Counted from the first letter of the stretch, positions 1 to 9,254 are shown. The stretch: 26,998 bases of DNA from Deltaproteobacteria bacterium TL4 (GCA_051382335.1 JBBCAX010000176.1:1-26998); one strand, 5' to 3'. The notes: generated by a model not told the origin, from the sequence alone. Program-made: numbers and translations.

Positions 1-23
1 GTGTTTTTCGTGGTTAAAAAAAG

Positions 24-174
24 GGCTACCGGTCTAAAGTGGGACAAAAACGTAGGTTGGGTAGAGCGTAGCGAAACCCAACGAAAAACGGACATTACTG
101 CCTGGATGTTGGGTTTCGCTACCGCTCTACCCAACCTACTGAAATGATGGCTGTCCCGTCTTAGGCCAGTAGCC
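24..174. mobile_element. MITE-like element (family A, copy 1) carrying a REP doublet
   Basis: 23-bp imperfect TIRs: GGCTACCGGTCTAAAGTGGGACA (24-46) and TGTCCCGTCTTAGGCCAGTAGCC (152-174), 18/23 complementary. Flanked by direct repeat AAAAAAAG (16-23 and 175-182). A second copy lies at 9255-9392. Confidence 0.8.
52..139. repeat. GTAG-type REP doublet (REPIN-like)
   Basis: GTAGGTTGGGTAGAGCGTAGCGAAACCCAAC (52-82) and its inverted copy at 108-139. Each has a 5' GTAG followed by the internal palindrome GTTGGGT...ACCCAAC. Confidence 0.85.
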
Positions 175-199
175 AAAAAAAGGTACCTGCACAGGTGGA

Positions 200-219
200 A
201 ACTTTTCTGGACAGCTATA
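200..219. mobile_element. Single terminal repeat of the TA-flanked MITE family B; partner end probably lies upstream of the window
   Basis: Reverse complement TATAGCTGTCCAGAAAAGTT resembles TATAGATGTTCAGAAAATT (right end at 7215-7233, reverse complemented) and TATCGTTGTCCAGATAAATT (25935-25954, 16/20 identical). Confidence 0.55.
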
Positions 220-243
220 CTCAAACATTACCCCAGGTTAATT

Positions 244-2334
244 ATGTTTCATGTGGTCATTATTGTAGGAGGCTTGGCTTATGCCGGATATAAAGCCCAC
301 AAAGAAAACCTGTCGAAGCAGGTTAAACCAACTTCGGTGAGTGTTCCTGTTTCGGCTCATGTTGCGCTAACACAAGTTCAGTCTCAACTCGTACCTGTTC
401 AGCATGAACCCAAGGTAATCGGGCTTACAGACGCGGAGATAAATCACTATTTAAAAGTGTCAGCCTCAGCCTTGGGGCTGTCTGTACTGGGTTCATTGGC
501 GTATCCTCCCTTAAGTCTCCTGAGCATTCCCTTACTGATCTATACGGCGCTGCCTATTTTTAAAAACGCCTTTACCTGTGTGTTTGCGGAACACAGGATT
601 CGTAGCAGTGTCGTCGACTCCATTGCGATTGTGGGTGCGCTGGGAACCCAATATTATGTTGCGGGTTCACTGGCTACCGTCGTTTTATTTTTGGGTGGTA
701 AATTACTGCTCAAAACCGAAGACAAATCTAAAAAGGAACTGATTGATATTTTTGATCAGCGGGTCCAATCGGTATGGTTACTCCGCGGAGAGACTGAAGT
801 AGAGATTCCTTTTGAGGATCTGAAACCCGGTGATGTGATTGCCCTGCAAGCTGGTGAAATGATTCCGATTGATGGCACTATTTTGAAGGGCATGGCCTCC
901 GTGGATCAAAGTAACCTGACAGGGGAAGCCCAACCTGTGGAAAAACAGGAAGGCGATATCATATTTGCTTCTACCATCATGATCAGTGGTAAAATTTTTG
1001 CTAGAGTTGAGTACGCAAGCTCAGAAACAACTGCCGCAAAAATTGCATGTATTTTACAAAACACCGCTGATTTTAAATCCTCCGTAAATGCCAAAGTGAC
1101 TCAATTAGCCGATATGATGGCAACTCCAACCCTTGCGTTGGGAGGTGTTGCCTTGACAATACTGGGACCTGTCAGTGCGACAGCGATGGTTAGTTGCAAC
1201 TTTATGGAAACAGCTAATGTGAATATTCCTTTAGGGGTGTTGAATTTTCTAAAAATCACTTCTGAAAAGGGAATTCTGGTCAAGGATGGGCGTTGTCTGG
1301 AGTTGTTGCAAGAAGTGGACACTGTTGTGTTTGATAAGACAGGCACACTGACGCTCGAAGAACCTGAGATCGGAAGAGTCTACATTCTCAACGGATTATC
1401 CTCAGATACGATTATGGAATATGCGGCAACAGCGGAACATAAGCAATCGCACCCTATTGCCAAAGCCATTCTCAAATATGCAAAAGACCATAAGCTGACT
1501 CTCCCCGGTATTGAAGACTCTCAATATGAGGTGGGCTATGGGATCAAGGTGAGGGTCGCTCAGAAAGTGATTCATGTGGGAAGCGATCGGTTTATGGACC
1601 ATGAAGCCATTGCGGGGATCCACACAGAGCGGGTTCTTGAAATTCAGAATTATGCCAATCACCATGGATACGCACTGTTGTATGTGGGGCTAAATCAGTG
1701 CCTCGTGGGAGTGATTGAACTCCATGTAACCATTCGTCCTGAAGCCAAACACGTGGTGGAACTCTTGAAATCCAGAGGTTTGGAGACCTATATCATTTCA
1801 GGAGATAACCAGGCTCCGACCCGCAAACTGGCAGAGGAACTTGGAATCAATCACTATTTTTTCAAAGTATTGCCTCAGGATAAGGCCCGAATTATCCAGG
1901 AACTCCAGGCACAGGGAAAATCAACCTGTTTTGTAGGCGACGGCATCAATGACACGGTTGCTTTAAAAGCTTCCAATGTGTCTATATCCATACAGGGGGC
2001 CTCTACCGCAGCTATTGATACCGCAGGTATTGTGTTAATGGATCACACCCTGAATCATTTACCTATCCTGTTTGAAATAGCCCAGGAAATGGAGCAAAGC
2101 ACGCGCCGCGGTTTTGGCATAGCCTTGATTCCTGGAGCGATTGGTGTTGCTGGCGTATTCCTGTTCCATTTCAAGATTTATGCTTCGCTTATACTGTATA
2201 TTTTCAGTTTAGCGACAGGAACCCTGAATGCGATGATTCCCGCCCTCAAACATAAGAAAGCCCGACCTGTCAAATTGCTAAAACCCTCACCTTCAAACAA
2301 GGAAAGGGAGCTGCCCCTCGATTCTGATGCTTAG
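244..2334 (+). CDS. P1B-type (heavy-metal-translocating family) P-type ATPase with a non-canonical metal site
   Basis: TGE actuator motif (LTGEAQP), DKTGTLT phosphorylation motif, SHP in the N-domain, GDGIND hinge, several TM segments. No CPC/SPC motif and no CxxC HMA domain. Confidence 0.92.
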   Translation: MFHVVIIVGGLAYAGYKAHKENLSKQVKPTSVSVPVSAHVALTQVQSQLVPVQHEPKVIGLTDAEINHYLKVSASALGLSVLGSLAYPPLSLLSIPLLIYTALPIFKNAFTCVFAEHRIRSSVVDSIAIVGALGTQYYVAGSLATVVLFLGGKLLLKTEDKSKKELIDIFDQRVQSVWLLRGETEVEIPFEDLKPGDVIALQAGEMIPIDGTILKGMASVDQSNLTGEAQPVEKQEGDIIFASTIMISGKIFARVEYASSETTAAKIACILQNTADFKSSVNAKVTQLADMMATPTLALGGVALTILGPVSATAMVSCNFMETANVNIPLGVLNFLKITSEKGILVKDGRCLELLQEVDTVVFDKTGTLTLEEPEIGRVYILNGLSSDTIMEYAATAEHKQSHPIAKAILKYAKDHKLTLPGIEDSQYEVGYGIKVRVAQKVIHVGSDRFMDHEAIAGIHTERVLEIQNYANHHGYALLYVGLNQCLVGVIELHVTIRPEAKHVVELLKSRGLETYIISGDNQAPTRKLAEELGINHYFFKVLPQDKARIIQELQAQGKSTCFVGDGINDTVALKASNVSISIQGASTAAIDTAGIVLMDHTLNHLPILFEIAQEMEQSTRRGFGIALIPGAIGVAGVFLFHFKIYASLILYIFSLATGTLNAMIPALKHKKARPVKLLKPSPSNKERELPLDSDA

Positions 2335-2355
2335 ATTTTTGAAGAAGGCTCCCGC

Positions 2356-3789
2356 TTAAAAACTATATTTGGCGGCCAGCAACAGCCGGTCGTTTTTTTT
2401 GAAGGGCTCGATTAACGCCTCGGTACTCGTGCTGTTGTAGGTCACCCATCCCGCAGAAAGGTTGAGGGCATCAATCAGATCGTAATCAACATTCAGTCGG
2501 TACACCTCTCCATCGGAATCAAAAAAATGAACCCAGACAAACCTCGTGTGCAAGGTATCATTTAAAGCGGCATAGTTGACGCTGGAATAGGACATGCCGC
2601 TGTTTTTGGAAGCGGAAAGCGTGTCGTTCCAGTCATTGATTTGTTCAAAAATTCCTTCTGCGGACAAGGTCAGGTCGGTGATGCCCATGTATTCAAGCCC
2701 CAACATCCCCTGAGTTAAGTCCTTTTCGGCCCAGGTTTGGACCTGACCGTTGCCGGATTGGGGTAGGAGGCCTTGCGTCATAAGTGCCATGATTTGGGAC
2801 TTGGTATCGGTTCTCGCGTAGGCCATACCTTGTTTTTGGGCGAACTCCCCTTTGAGCAACAGGGAACCAAACACCTGGTTGCCGGAAATTCCAAAGGACT
2901 TCACCTTTTTGTACTTGGGCTGCAAGGTCAGTTGTCCCCCGGAAGGGTTGGGACTAAAAGACTCAAAGTCCAGGTAAAAGCTGTCACTGTAGGTTTCTGA
3001 GTAATAAAGGGCCGCGTCTCCACCGTTATAACGGACAAGCACTCGAGCCAAATAGCCGTCCGTATCTGTGGGAATTTCTGCGGACGCGACTTCAACCCCG
3101 GAGGCTCGAAGACTGACCAGTGGATCAAATTCGGAACCTTTGGGGGCCAGCTTATTGGCCCGAAACTCGTGGATGCCAACCAGGTTGATTTCAAGCACGG
3201 AATTGGTCCAGGTCAGTTTTGTGGAGGCCACCGGAATCCTGGCGTCTTCCAGATCAACCAAGCCTAACTCGCGGTTGTCCCGGGGATTGGCCATATCGTT
3301 GAGCTGAGCGGCGTCGGATTGTCCCCACGCAATAATCTGGCGACCGGCACGCACAAGAAATCCCGCTCCCAAATTCGCGTCCAGGTAGGTGTCTCGCAAC
3401 TCGTATTCGCGTTCCAGTCCGTCCAGGGTTTCTTGCGTATAGTGGTCCCGGCCATTGATTCCATAGGCAAGGTCGTGATATCCGTTGCCGCTGATTTTGA
3501 ACTGTAGGTCGGGGTTGTCCTTGTAATCAAGGGTCAGGTTGACGGTTTGCCGGAATTTGGAAAGCCGGTCGTGGTCTCGCTCGTAAGAATACCCGACTTC
3601 AGACTTGCCGAAACCGTAAAAGGCCAGCGGAGAAGGGGCTTCCTTTGGGGAAACGACTACCGCGGGATCCAGGGTCAAGCTCGGTGAAGCCACTTCCAGG
3701 TCAAACCCTGCATCGTCAAAATCCCCTGCCCAAAGGGGAGCCTCAACAGTTAACAAGAGGAGTAGTGCCAGTAAACAGGGTTTGTTCAT
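2356..3789 (-). CDS. Putative outer-membrane beta-barrel protein (DUF1302-like)
   Basis: N-terminal signal peptide, amphipathic beta-strand pattern, RAGRQIIAWG motif, C-terminal aromatic residue (AKYSF). ATGA overlap with the upstream LolA-like gene. Confidence 0.75.
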   Translation of the reverse strand: MNKPCLLALLLLLTVEAPLWAGDFDDAGFDLEVASPSLTLDPAVVVSPKEAPSPLAFYGFGKSEVGYSYERDHDRLSKFRQTVNLTLDYKDNPDLQFKISGNGYHDLAYGINGRDHYTQETLDGLEREYELRDTYLDANLGAGFLVRAGRQIIAWGQSDAAQLNDMANPRDNRELGLVDLEDARIPVASTKLTWTNSVLEINLVGIHEFRANKLAPKGSEFDPLVSLRASGVEVASAEIPTDTDGYLARVLVRYNGGDAALYYSETYSDSFYLDFESFSPNPSGGQLTLQPKYKKVKSFGISGNQVFGSLLLKGEFAQKQGMAYARTDTKSQIMALMTQGLLPQSGNGQVQTWAEKDLTQGMLGLEYMGITDLTLSAEGIFEQINDWNDTLSASKNSGMSYSSVNYAALNDTLHTRFVWVHFFDSDGEVYRLNVDYDLIDALNLSAGWVTYNSTSTEALIEPFKKNDRLLLAAKYSF

Positions 3790-4592
3790 AAGCCCTTTTC
3801 CATTCGAGTGGTGCTAAATAAATCGTCTTCAACCCCTTCGTTGTACTTGATGTTGTCAAAGAGCAATACCGTGGAATGTTCCCGTTTGTTTTGAACGTAG
3901 GTGCTCATTTCCACTTTTTTTGCGGTCCAAAGGCCTTGGACTTGCGTGATCTCGGTGGCCCTCAGGATCTTGATTTTCTCGCCTTTTTTGACCCAGATCT
4001 TTGCTTGAATGGCCATAAAGATGTCTTTACGAATCCAAGCCAGTCTTTTGACATAACCGGTATCTTTGATTACCACCTGGGCCTTCGCCTTTTTAGGCGT
4101 CGAACCGATCACCCAACAGTCCTGGCCGTCCAGCGTGTCGGCTTCTTTAATCAGTTGGTAATCCCAATCCTCAATTTCCAACCCGTTCATATCATGGTAG
4201 CTAAAGTCGGTCCCCATGAAGCTGTCTTTTTTGTTGCCTGCGGCAATCCGTTTGACCTTGCGTAGAGCGGGGAGGTAAAGCCAACTGTCGTCTTCCTTGG
4301 ACGGGTCATCCCAATCAAAAGACAAAAAAACAGTGTTCTTGACGTCGGCCGGTTCCAAAAAGAAGTTTAGTGACTTTTTATCGTCCCCGTAATCCTTGCG
4401 GAAGCCTTTCAACTTACGAACCCGTTGTTGCTCCTGCTCATCAATCAGAATCATGGTCATCTCGCTGATCGAGGTGTTGCCGTCGTCTCGTTTGTCCACT
4501 TTTTGGACAATCTCTTTAGGGGTCAAGGCCAGGGCCGTGTGGCTATAAGCGAACAACGCCAAGCCGGTAATCAACCAAAGTGTTTTGTTCAT
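3786..4592 (-). CDS. Outer-membrane lipoprotein-sorting protein (LolA-like periplasmic carrier)
   Basis: Signal peptide ending ALA; family motifs FLEPADVKNT, WLYLPALRKVKRI and FMGTDFSYHD; context between an MMPL gene and a barrel gene. Confidence 0.88.
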   Translation of the reverse strand: MNKTLWLITGLALFAYSHTALALTPKEIVQKVDKRDDGNTSISEMTMILIDEQEQQRVRKLKGFRKDYGDDKKSLNFFLEPADVKNTVFLSFDWDDPSKEDDSWLYLPALRKVKRIAAGNKKDSFMGTDFSYHDMNGLEIEDWDYQLIKEADTLDGQDCWVIGSTPKKAKAQVVIKDTGYVKRLAWIRKDIFMAIQAKIWVKKGEKIKILRATEITQVQGLWTAKKVEMSTYVQNKREHSTVLLFDNIKYNEGVEDDLFSTTRMEKGL

Positions 4593-4641
4593 GGAAAGCT
4601 CCTTAAAGTGAGGTTAAGTGTTAACGTTTAAGACGAGGTTA

Positions 4642-7071
4642 TCAGCCCCTTGCTTTTTTTTTCTGATTTGCCTCCTCCACCCAGGTTAAAAGTGCTGGTG
4701 AAAGGTTGATGTCTGCCAGGAAGGCAATCAACAAGGTCAAGCCCGTGAGGAGACCAAAGTTAAAGAGGTTGTTCATGGAGGCAAACATGTACACCCAGAA
4801 CCCCAAGGTCAAAACGATGCTGGTAACCAACATGGCTTGACCCGCGGTTTTCAAGGTCTCTTCAATCGCTTTTTTAGAATCGCCATCCTCCTTGAGGTAG
4901 CGCATATAGTTGTGGAAAAAGTGGATCGTGTCATCCACTGCCAAACCAATGGCGATCGAGCCGATCAAAAGTGTGAACATATCCAGGGGAATGCCTGCCA
5001 GACCCATCAGGCCCAAGGTGATGATGATCGGCGTCAGGTTGGGGATCATTGAAAGCAACCCCAGCCCCCATCGGCCAACCAGGGCAATCATCATCACGGT
5101 AATCACCACTCCGGCAACCAGATAGCTGGTGAGCATGCTTTTCATCATGATGTTGATCGTTTTAGCGAACAATTCAATCATCCCCGTCGTTTTTATTTCA
5201 ACCTCCGGGCCGAGAAGTTCACGGGCCCTGATTTCCAAAGCGTCCAGGACCGGCATATAGCCTCTCGCTTCTACCCAAGGGGTCTTGATCGTTATTCGGG
5301 TTTTCGAAAATTGACTGTCCACGATGTCTTTCAAGTCATCCGAACCGGAATTTTCAAAAAGCAGGAACTCTTGGGCGATCAGTTCCCGGTTTTGGGGGAT
5401 CACGTAGTTTTCAAGTTTGTTTTCCCCTAACGCTTGGTTGATCTCCTTGAGCATACTGGCCAGAGAGAGGGTCTTGCCCACAAAGGGCGGCTTTTTAAAT
5501 TCAGGGGCGAGGGTCAAAGCGTAGGCCTCCAGTTCATTCAGGGCGTTGAGGACCTTCGGGTCATAGAGTCCGTTTTCTTTTTTGGTGTCCACGACCATTT
5601 CAATCGAAACCGAACCTTTCATGATGTCGTCCATCGCCTGGGTTTGTTGCCGGATTTCTGAGGTTTCAGGAAACCAAATCAAAGTATTGTGTTCTAACCT
5701 CAGTTTGGGTAATCCGACTGCGGTCACAAGCATAATCACTGTCCAAACGCCGATACTCAATTTGTAATGATCATGAGCAAAATCCCCAACCTTTTCCAAA
5801 AAGCGGACGGTAAGAGGAAGGGTCTCTGAGTCGTGATGGGCATGGTGCCGAATCGGAAGAATTGCCAAAAAACAGGGCAGAAAGGTCAGTGTTAAAAACA
5901 AGGCGCACATCACCCCAAAAGCGGCAAAAACCCCCAAGTCGGCAATCGGAGCAATGCTGGCCGTAGCGAAAGAAAGAAGGCTTGCCGCGGTGGTCAAACT
6001 CGTCATCGCCACCGGCAGTGCCGAATGTTCCATAGCGTTTAAAATCGCCTGATCCTTATTGCCTTTATCCTCGTGGTAGTCCTTATAAAACATGCTCATC
6101 ATATGGACCGAAGCTCCGATCGAGGTCGCCAGCAGAAAGCTGGGCAGGATTTGGGTGGGCATTTTCAAGGCGGTGTGGGTAAGAGCCATCAAGCCCAAAG
6201 TATAAAGGGTGCTGAGGATCACTGTCAACAGAGGCAAGATCACTCCAGTAAACCGGCGGAACATGAGGAACAAAAAGATGGAGATGCCGGCAATGGAAAG
6301 CAAAGTGAAAAATCGCATATCTCTCATCATTGCACGCTTCAGATAGTCTGTCACGACGGGGGTTCCGGTAAAGGAAATCTTAAAATCCGGACTTTCGTAT
6401 TTAACCTTGATTTCGTGAATCTTGGCAATGATCTCACTGTTCTCTTTGTCCGAGAGAGGCTTGCGTTTTTCCTGGGATTTGAGCATTTCTGTCCCGGTGT
6501 CAAAATCCCCGCCAAAGTCGGTTTGTCCCTCTGTGGACCAAGCGGACGTTTTAATGGCAATGACCGTGTGCCTTCCTTCTTCATCAATCAAAAAGTTTTT
6601 GTAGAGCTTGTTGTGAATCACATACTCTTTGAGCTCTGCCACCTCAGCTTCGGTTTGAGGCAGTTCTTCCAGGAGATCCCCAACAATCAGGGCGCCCTCT
6701 TGACCGATAGTTTTCCTGGCGCTGATCAGGTCGTTGATGTCATTGAGATTGGGAACGGATTCTTCAATCTCTTGGTGCATTTTCTTGAGCTTGGTCAAAA
6801 AATCGAGACTAAACAACTGGTCTGACTCAATCATCAGGATGATCATTTCATCTCGTCCAAACTGATCGCGGAACGCATTGTAGGCAACGATCGACGGGTC
6901 GTCGGGATGGAAAAAACCTTCTGTGGCCGTGTCCATTTTAAGATTACGAATCTGAGCGATTAACAACACACTCCCCCCCAAGATCAAAAAGGTAAAGACC
7001 CATTTATAACGGAGGACCAGCTTGGCCCAATTCAAAAAGGCTCGCTCAATGTTACGGCGGATATTATTCAT
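4642..7071 (-). CDS. MMPL/RND-superfamily transporter
   Basis: Two-fold repeat of TM, large periplasmic loop and 5 TMs; motifs MTSLTTA and IAIGLAVDDTIHF. ATG at 7071 is preferred; GTG at 7083 is the alternative. Confidence 0.92.
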   Translation of the reverse strand: MNNIRRNIERAFLNWAKLVLRYKWVFTFLILGGSVLLIAQIRNLKMDTATEGFFHPDDPSIVAYNAFRDQFGRDEMIILMIESDQLFSLDFLTKLKKMHQEIEESVPNLNDINDLISARKTIGQEGALIVGDLLEELPQTEAEVAELKEYVIHNKLYKNFLIDEEGRHTVIAIKTSAWSTEGQTDFGGDFDTGTEMLKSQEKRKPLSDKENSEIIAKIHEIKVKYESPDFKISFTGTPVVTDYLKRAMMRDMRFFTLLSIAGISIFLFLMFRRFTGVILPLLTVILSTLYTLGLMALTHTALKMPTQILPSFLLATSIGASVHMMSMFYKDYHEDKGNKDQAILNAMEHSALPVAMTSLTTAASLLSFATASIAPIADLGVFAAFGVMCALFLTLTFLPCFLAILPIRHHAHHDSETLPLTVRFLEKVGDFAHDHYKLSIGVWTVIMLVTAVGLPKLRLEHNTLIWFPETSEIRQQTQAMDDIMKGSVSIEMVVDTKKENGLYDPKVLNALNELEAYALTLAPEFKKPPFVGKTLSLASMLKEINQALGENKLENYVIPQNRELIAQEFLLFENSGSDDLKDIVDSQFSKTRITIKTPWVEARGYMPVLDALEIRARELLGPEVEIKTTGMIELFAKTINIMMKSMLTSYLVAGVVITVMMIALVGRWGLGLLSMIPNLTPIIITLGLMGLAGIPLDMFTLLIGSIAIGLAVDDTIHFFHNYMRYLKEDGDSKKAIEETLKTAGQAMLVTSIVLTLGFWVYMFASMNNLFNFGLLTGLTLLIAFLADINLSPALLTWVEEANQKKKARG

Positions 7072-7129
7072 TGATTTTCTCACAATTGATGGTTAGGGAT
7101 GCTTGAGGCATCCAGGGGTTGCTTCTTCC

Positions 7130-7233
7130 TATAGACGTTCATTTAAATAAATTCACAGTAGAAGGAGCGTCCCGCTCCTTGAAAGAGGCGAGACGCCTCT
7201 TCTACTGTGTCGTTAATTTTCTGAACATCTATA
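7130..7233. mobile_element. TA-flanked MITE-like element (family B) carrying a REP doublet
   Basis: CTATAGACGTTCA (7129-7141) and TGAACATCTATAG (7222-7234) are 12/13 complementary. They enclose CACAGTAGAAGGAGCGTCCCGCTCC-TTGAAA-GAGGCGAGACGCCTCTTCTACTGTG (7154-7209). Confidence 0.7.
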
Positions 7234-7415
7234 GCTTGGAGAAGGAGCGTTTGCCAACTCCTCAACTAAAAAGAGCGCTTGTGTTATTCGGTCTTTGGAA
7301 AATTCGGCCACTTTTTGAAAGCGACGTGTCCTTTCTCGGGCTCCGGGCTCACTGAACTTCGGACTGGTCATGGACTTTAATAAGTTGAATCCCAAGACCT
7401 GGATTTGGATTCGCC

Positions 7416-9191
7416 TTATTCCTGCTTTAAAGTTTTGAGTAATTGTGCGTAGACGCCCTGTTGTTGAATCAGTTGTTCATGAGTCCCTCGTTCTACGATT
7501 TGTCCCTCTTTCATCACAAAAATATGATCTGAATTTCGAATGGTACTCAAACGATGCGCAATCGCAATAACGGTTTTTTCATGAAAAACTTTTTCAATGG
7601 CTTTTTCAATAAAATTTTCCGTTATGGAATCCACAGCGCTGGTTGCTTCATCCAGGACAATCAACTCGCTCTTACCCGCGATGGCCCGGGCAAAAGCAAT
7701 CAGTTGTGCTTGACCGGCAGATAAATTAGTCCCGCCTTCTGAAATTAGGGCATCATAAGCTTCAGGCCATTGTTCAATAAACGTATCCGCATAGACATAG
7801 CGAGCGGCTTGAATGACGTCTTCTGAGCTGATGCCAGGACGGTTCAGGGCAATATTAAACTGAACGGTTTCTTCAAAAAGGTAAGTATCTTGCTGCATCA
7901 TGGAAATCATTTTCAAAACACGAAGTCTGGGAATGTTGGCGATATCAAGGCCATTGAGTTTAATGGTTCCCTGATAATGCGGATACATCTGGGTTATCAA
8001 GCGAACAATGGTAGATTTCCCTGAGCCTGTCGCGCCCACAAACGCGATACGATCCCCTTTTTTAAGCAAAAAAGAAACTCCTTTCAGAATATAAGGACCT
8101 TGCTCATCATAACGAAAGGAAACCTCTTCAAATTCCAATGTTTCAAAAGCTTGGAGCTGTTGTTCCAACGTCGGATTCAAGGTGGGAGGGTTTGTTTCCG
8201 AGCCCTCACAAAACAACTGATCAATGTGTTCCATGGAGGCCATCGATCGTTGAAAGGTAGAGATCTCCTGCGTAAAGTTACGGATGGGCACAAAGATTCG
8301 TGGAACCGCGTCAATAAAGCTGACAATGATCCCTATCGAAAGCTGTCCTTCCAAATTTTTCCTCGCGCCGTACCAGATTAAAAGGGCCAAAGCAATCGAG
8401 GTAATGCCTTCAATCACCGAAAAAAGAGAAGAGTCATAAATATTTGAGCGAGTTTGCGCATGCAGGAATTTACCTGTTTTTTCCTTATACTGTTGTTGGA
8501 CATTTGACTCTGCCGCATAGAGCTGTACTGTTTTTATCCCATTCAAACATTCCTGCAAAAAGCTGGTAGAATCGGCCAGGGCTTGGCGACTTAAATTATA
8601 ACTCTGACGCAAGCGGCTTCTTAGAAAATCACTGACTCCATAAATTAGAGGCATCACCAACATCAATACCAAGGTCAATTCCCAGCTTAAATAAAACAGC
8701 ATGATGAGGAGTGCCAGGGTTTTAAGGACATCGGTCAGGATTGATAACACTCCAACCGCCATGGATTCCCCCAAGGCTTCCATATCACTGGTTAAACGAG
8801 TCAGAATGACGCCTACGGGGTGGTGATCAAAATATTTTCTGGGAAGTGTTAACACGTGCTGAAATAAATCCTGCCGCATTGAAAAAATCGCCAACTGCCC
8901 CACTTTTTGTAGCGAAAAGGTGTAAAACGAATCCGCGATATATCCTAAAAGGACGGTTCCGGCCAATAATCCTACCATGAACAAAAGCCCGTCCACTTTT
9001 AAAACAACCAGGTAATCATCCCAGATGTGCTGAATCAACCAGGGAAGAATAAAGGTGGATCCTACCGTAAAAGGAATTGAGCTCAAGGCGACAAGGATCC
9101 CTTTCCAGTGAGGCTTTAAATAATGTGAAAAGCGTTGCAGGAGTTGCCAATCTGAGTGTGGCGGTGAACCTGAATCAAGTGGTTGTGCCAT
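7416..9191 (-). CDS. ABC exporter, fused permease/ATPase half-transporter (MdlB/MsbA-like)
   Basis: TMD followed by Walker A GATGSGKS, signature LSAGQAQ, Walker B IVLDEATS and H-loop IAHRL. Start moved to ATG 9191 (MAQPLD) because the longer ORF runs into the repeat element. Confidence 0.92.
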   Translation of the reverse strand: MAQPLDSGSPPHSDWQLLQRFSHYLKPHWKGILVALSSIPFTVGSTFILPWLIQHIWDDYLVVLKVDGLLFMVGLLAGTVLLGYIADSFYTFSLQKVGQLAIFSMRQDLFQHVLTLPRKYFDHHPVGVILTRLTSDMEALGESMAVGVLSILTDVLKTLALLIMLFYLSWELTLVLMLVMPLIYGVSDFLRSRLRQSYNLSRQALADSTSFLQECLNGIKTVQLYAAESNVQQQYKEKTGKFLHAQTRSNIYDSSLFSVIEGITSIALALLIWYGARKNLEGQLSIGIIVSFIDAVPRIFVPIRNFTQEISTFQRSMASMEHIDQLFCEGSETNPPTLNPTLEQQLQAFETLEFEEVSFRYDEQGPYILKGVSFLLKKGDRIAFVGATGSGKSTIVRLITQMYPHYQGTIKLNGLDIANIPRLRVLKMISMMQQDTYLFEETVQFNIALNRPGISSEDVIQAARYVYADTFIEQWPEAYDALISEGGTNLSAGQAQLIAFARAIAGKSELIVLDEATSAVDSITENFIEKAIEKVFHEKTVIAIAHRLSTIRNSDHIFVMKEGQIVERGTHEQLIQQQGVYAQLLKTLKQE

Positions 9192-9254
9192 GTTCGCTTT
9201 GTCTTCGGTGAGGTGCGTGTGCAACGTTGCTTCGCTTCGTCGCACACTTTTCAG

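Noticed and set aside
52..139. CRISPR array
   Set aside because: The repeats are inverted pairs, not direct repeats with unique spacers, and no cas genes are present.
6073..6825. 250-aa plus-strand ORF and the other short antisense or nested ORFs in the track
   Set aside because: They are shadows of well-supported genes and contain no recognisable motifs.
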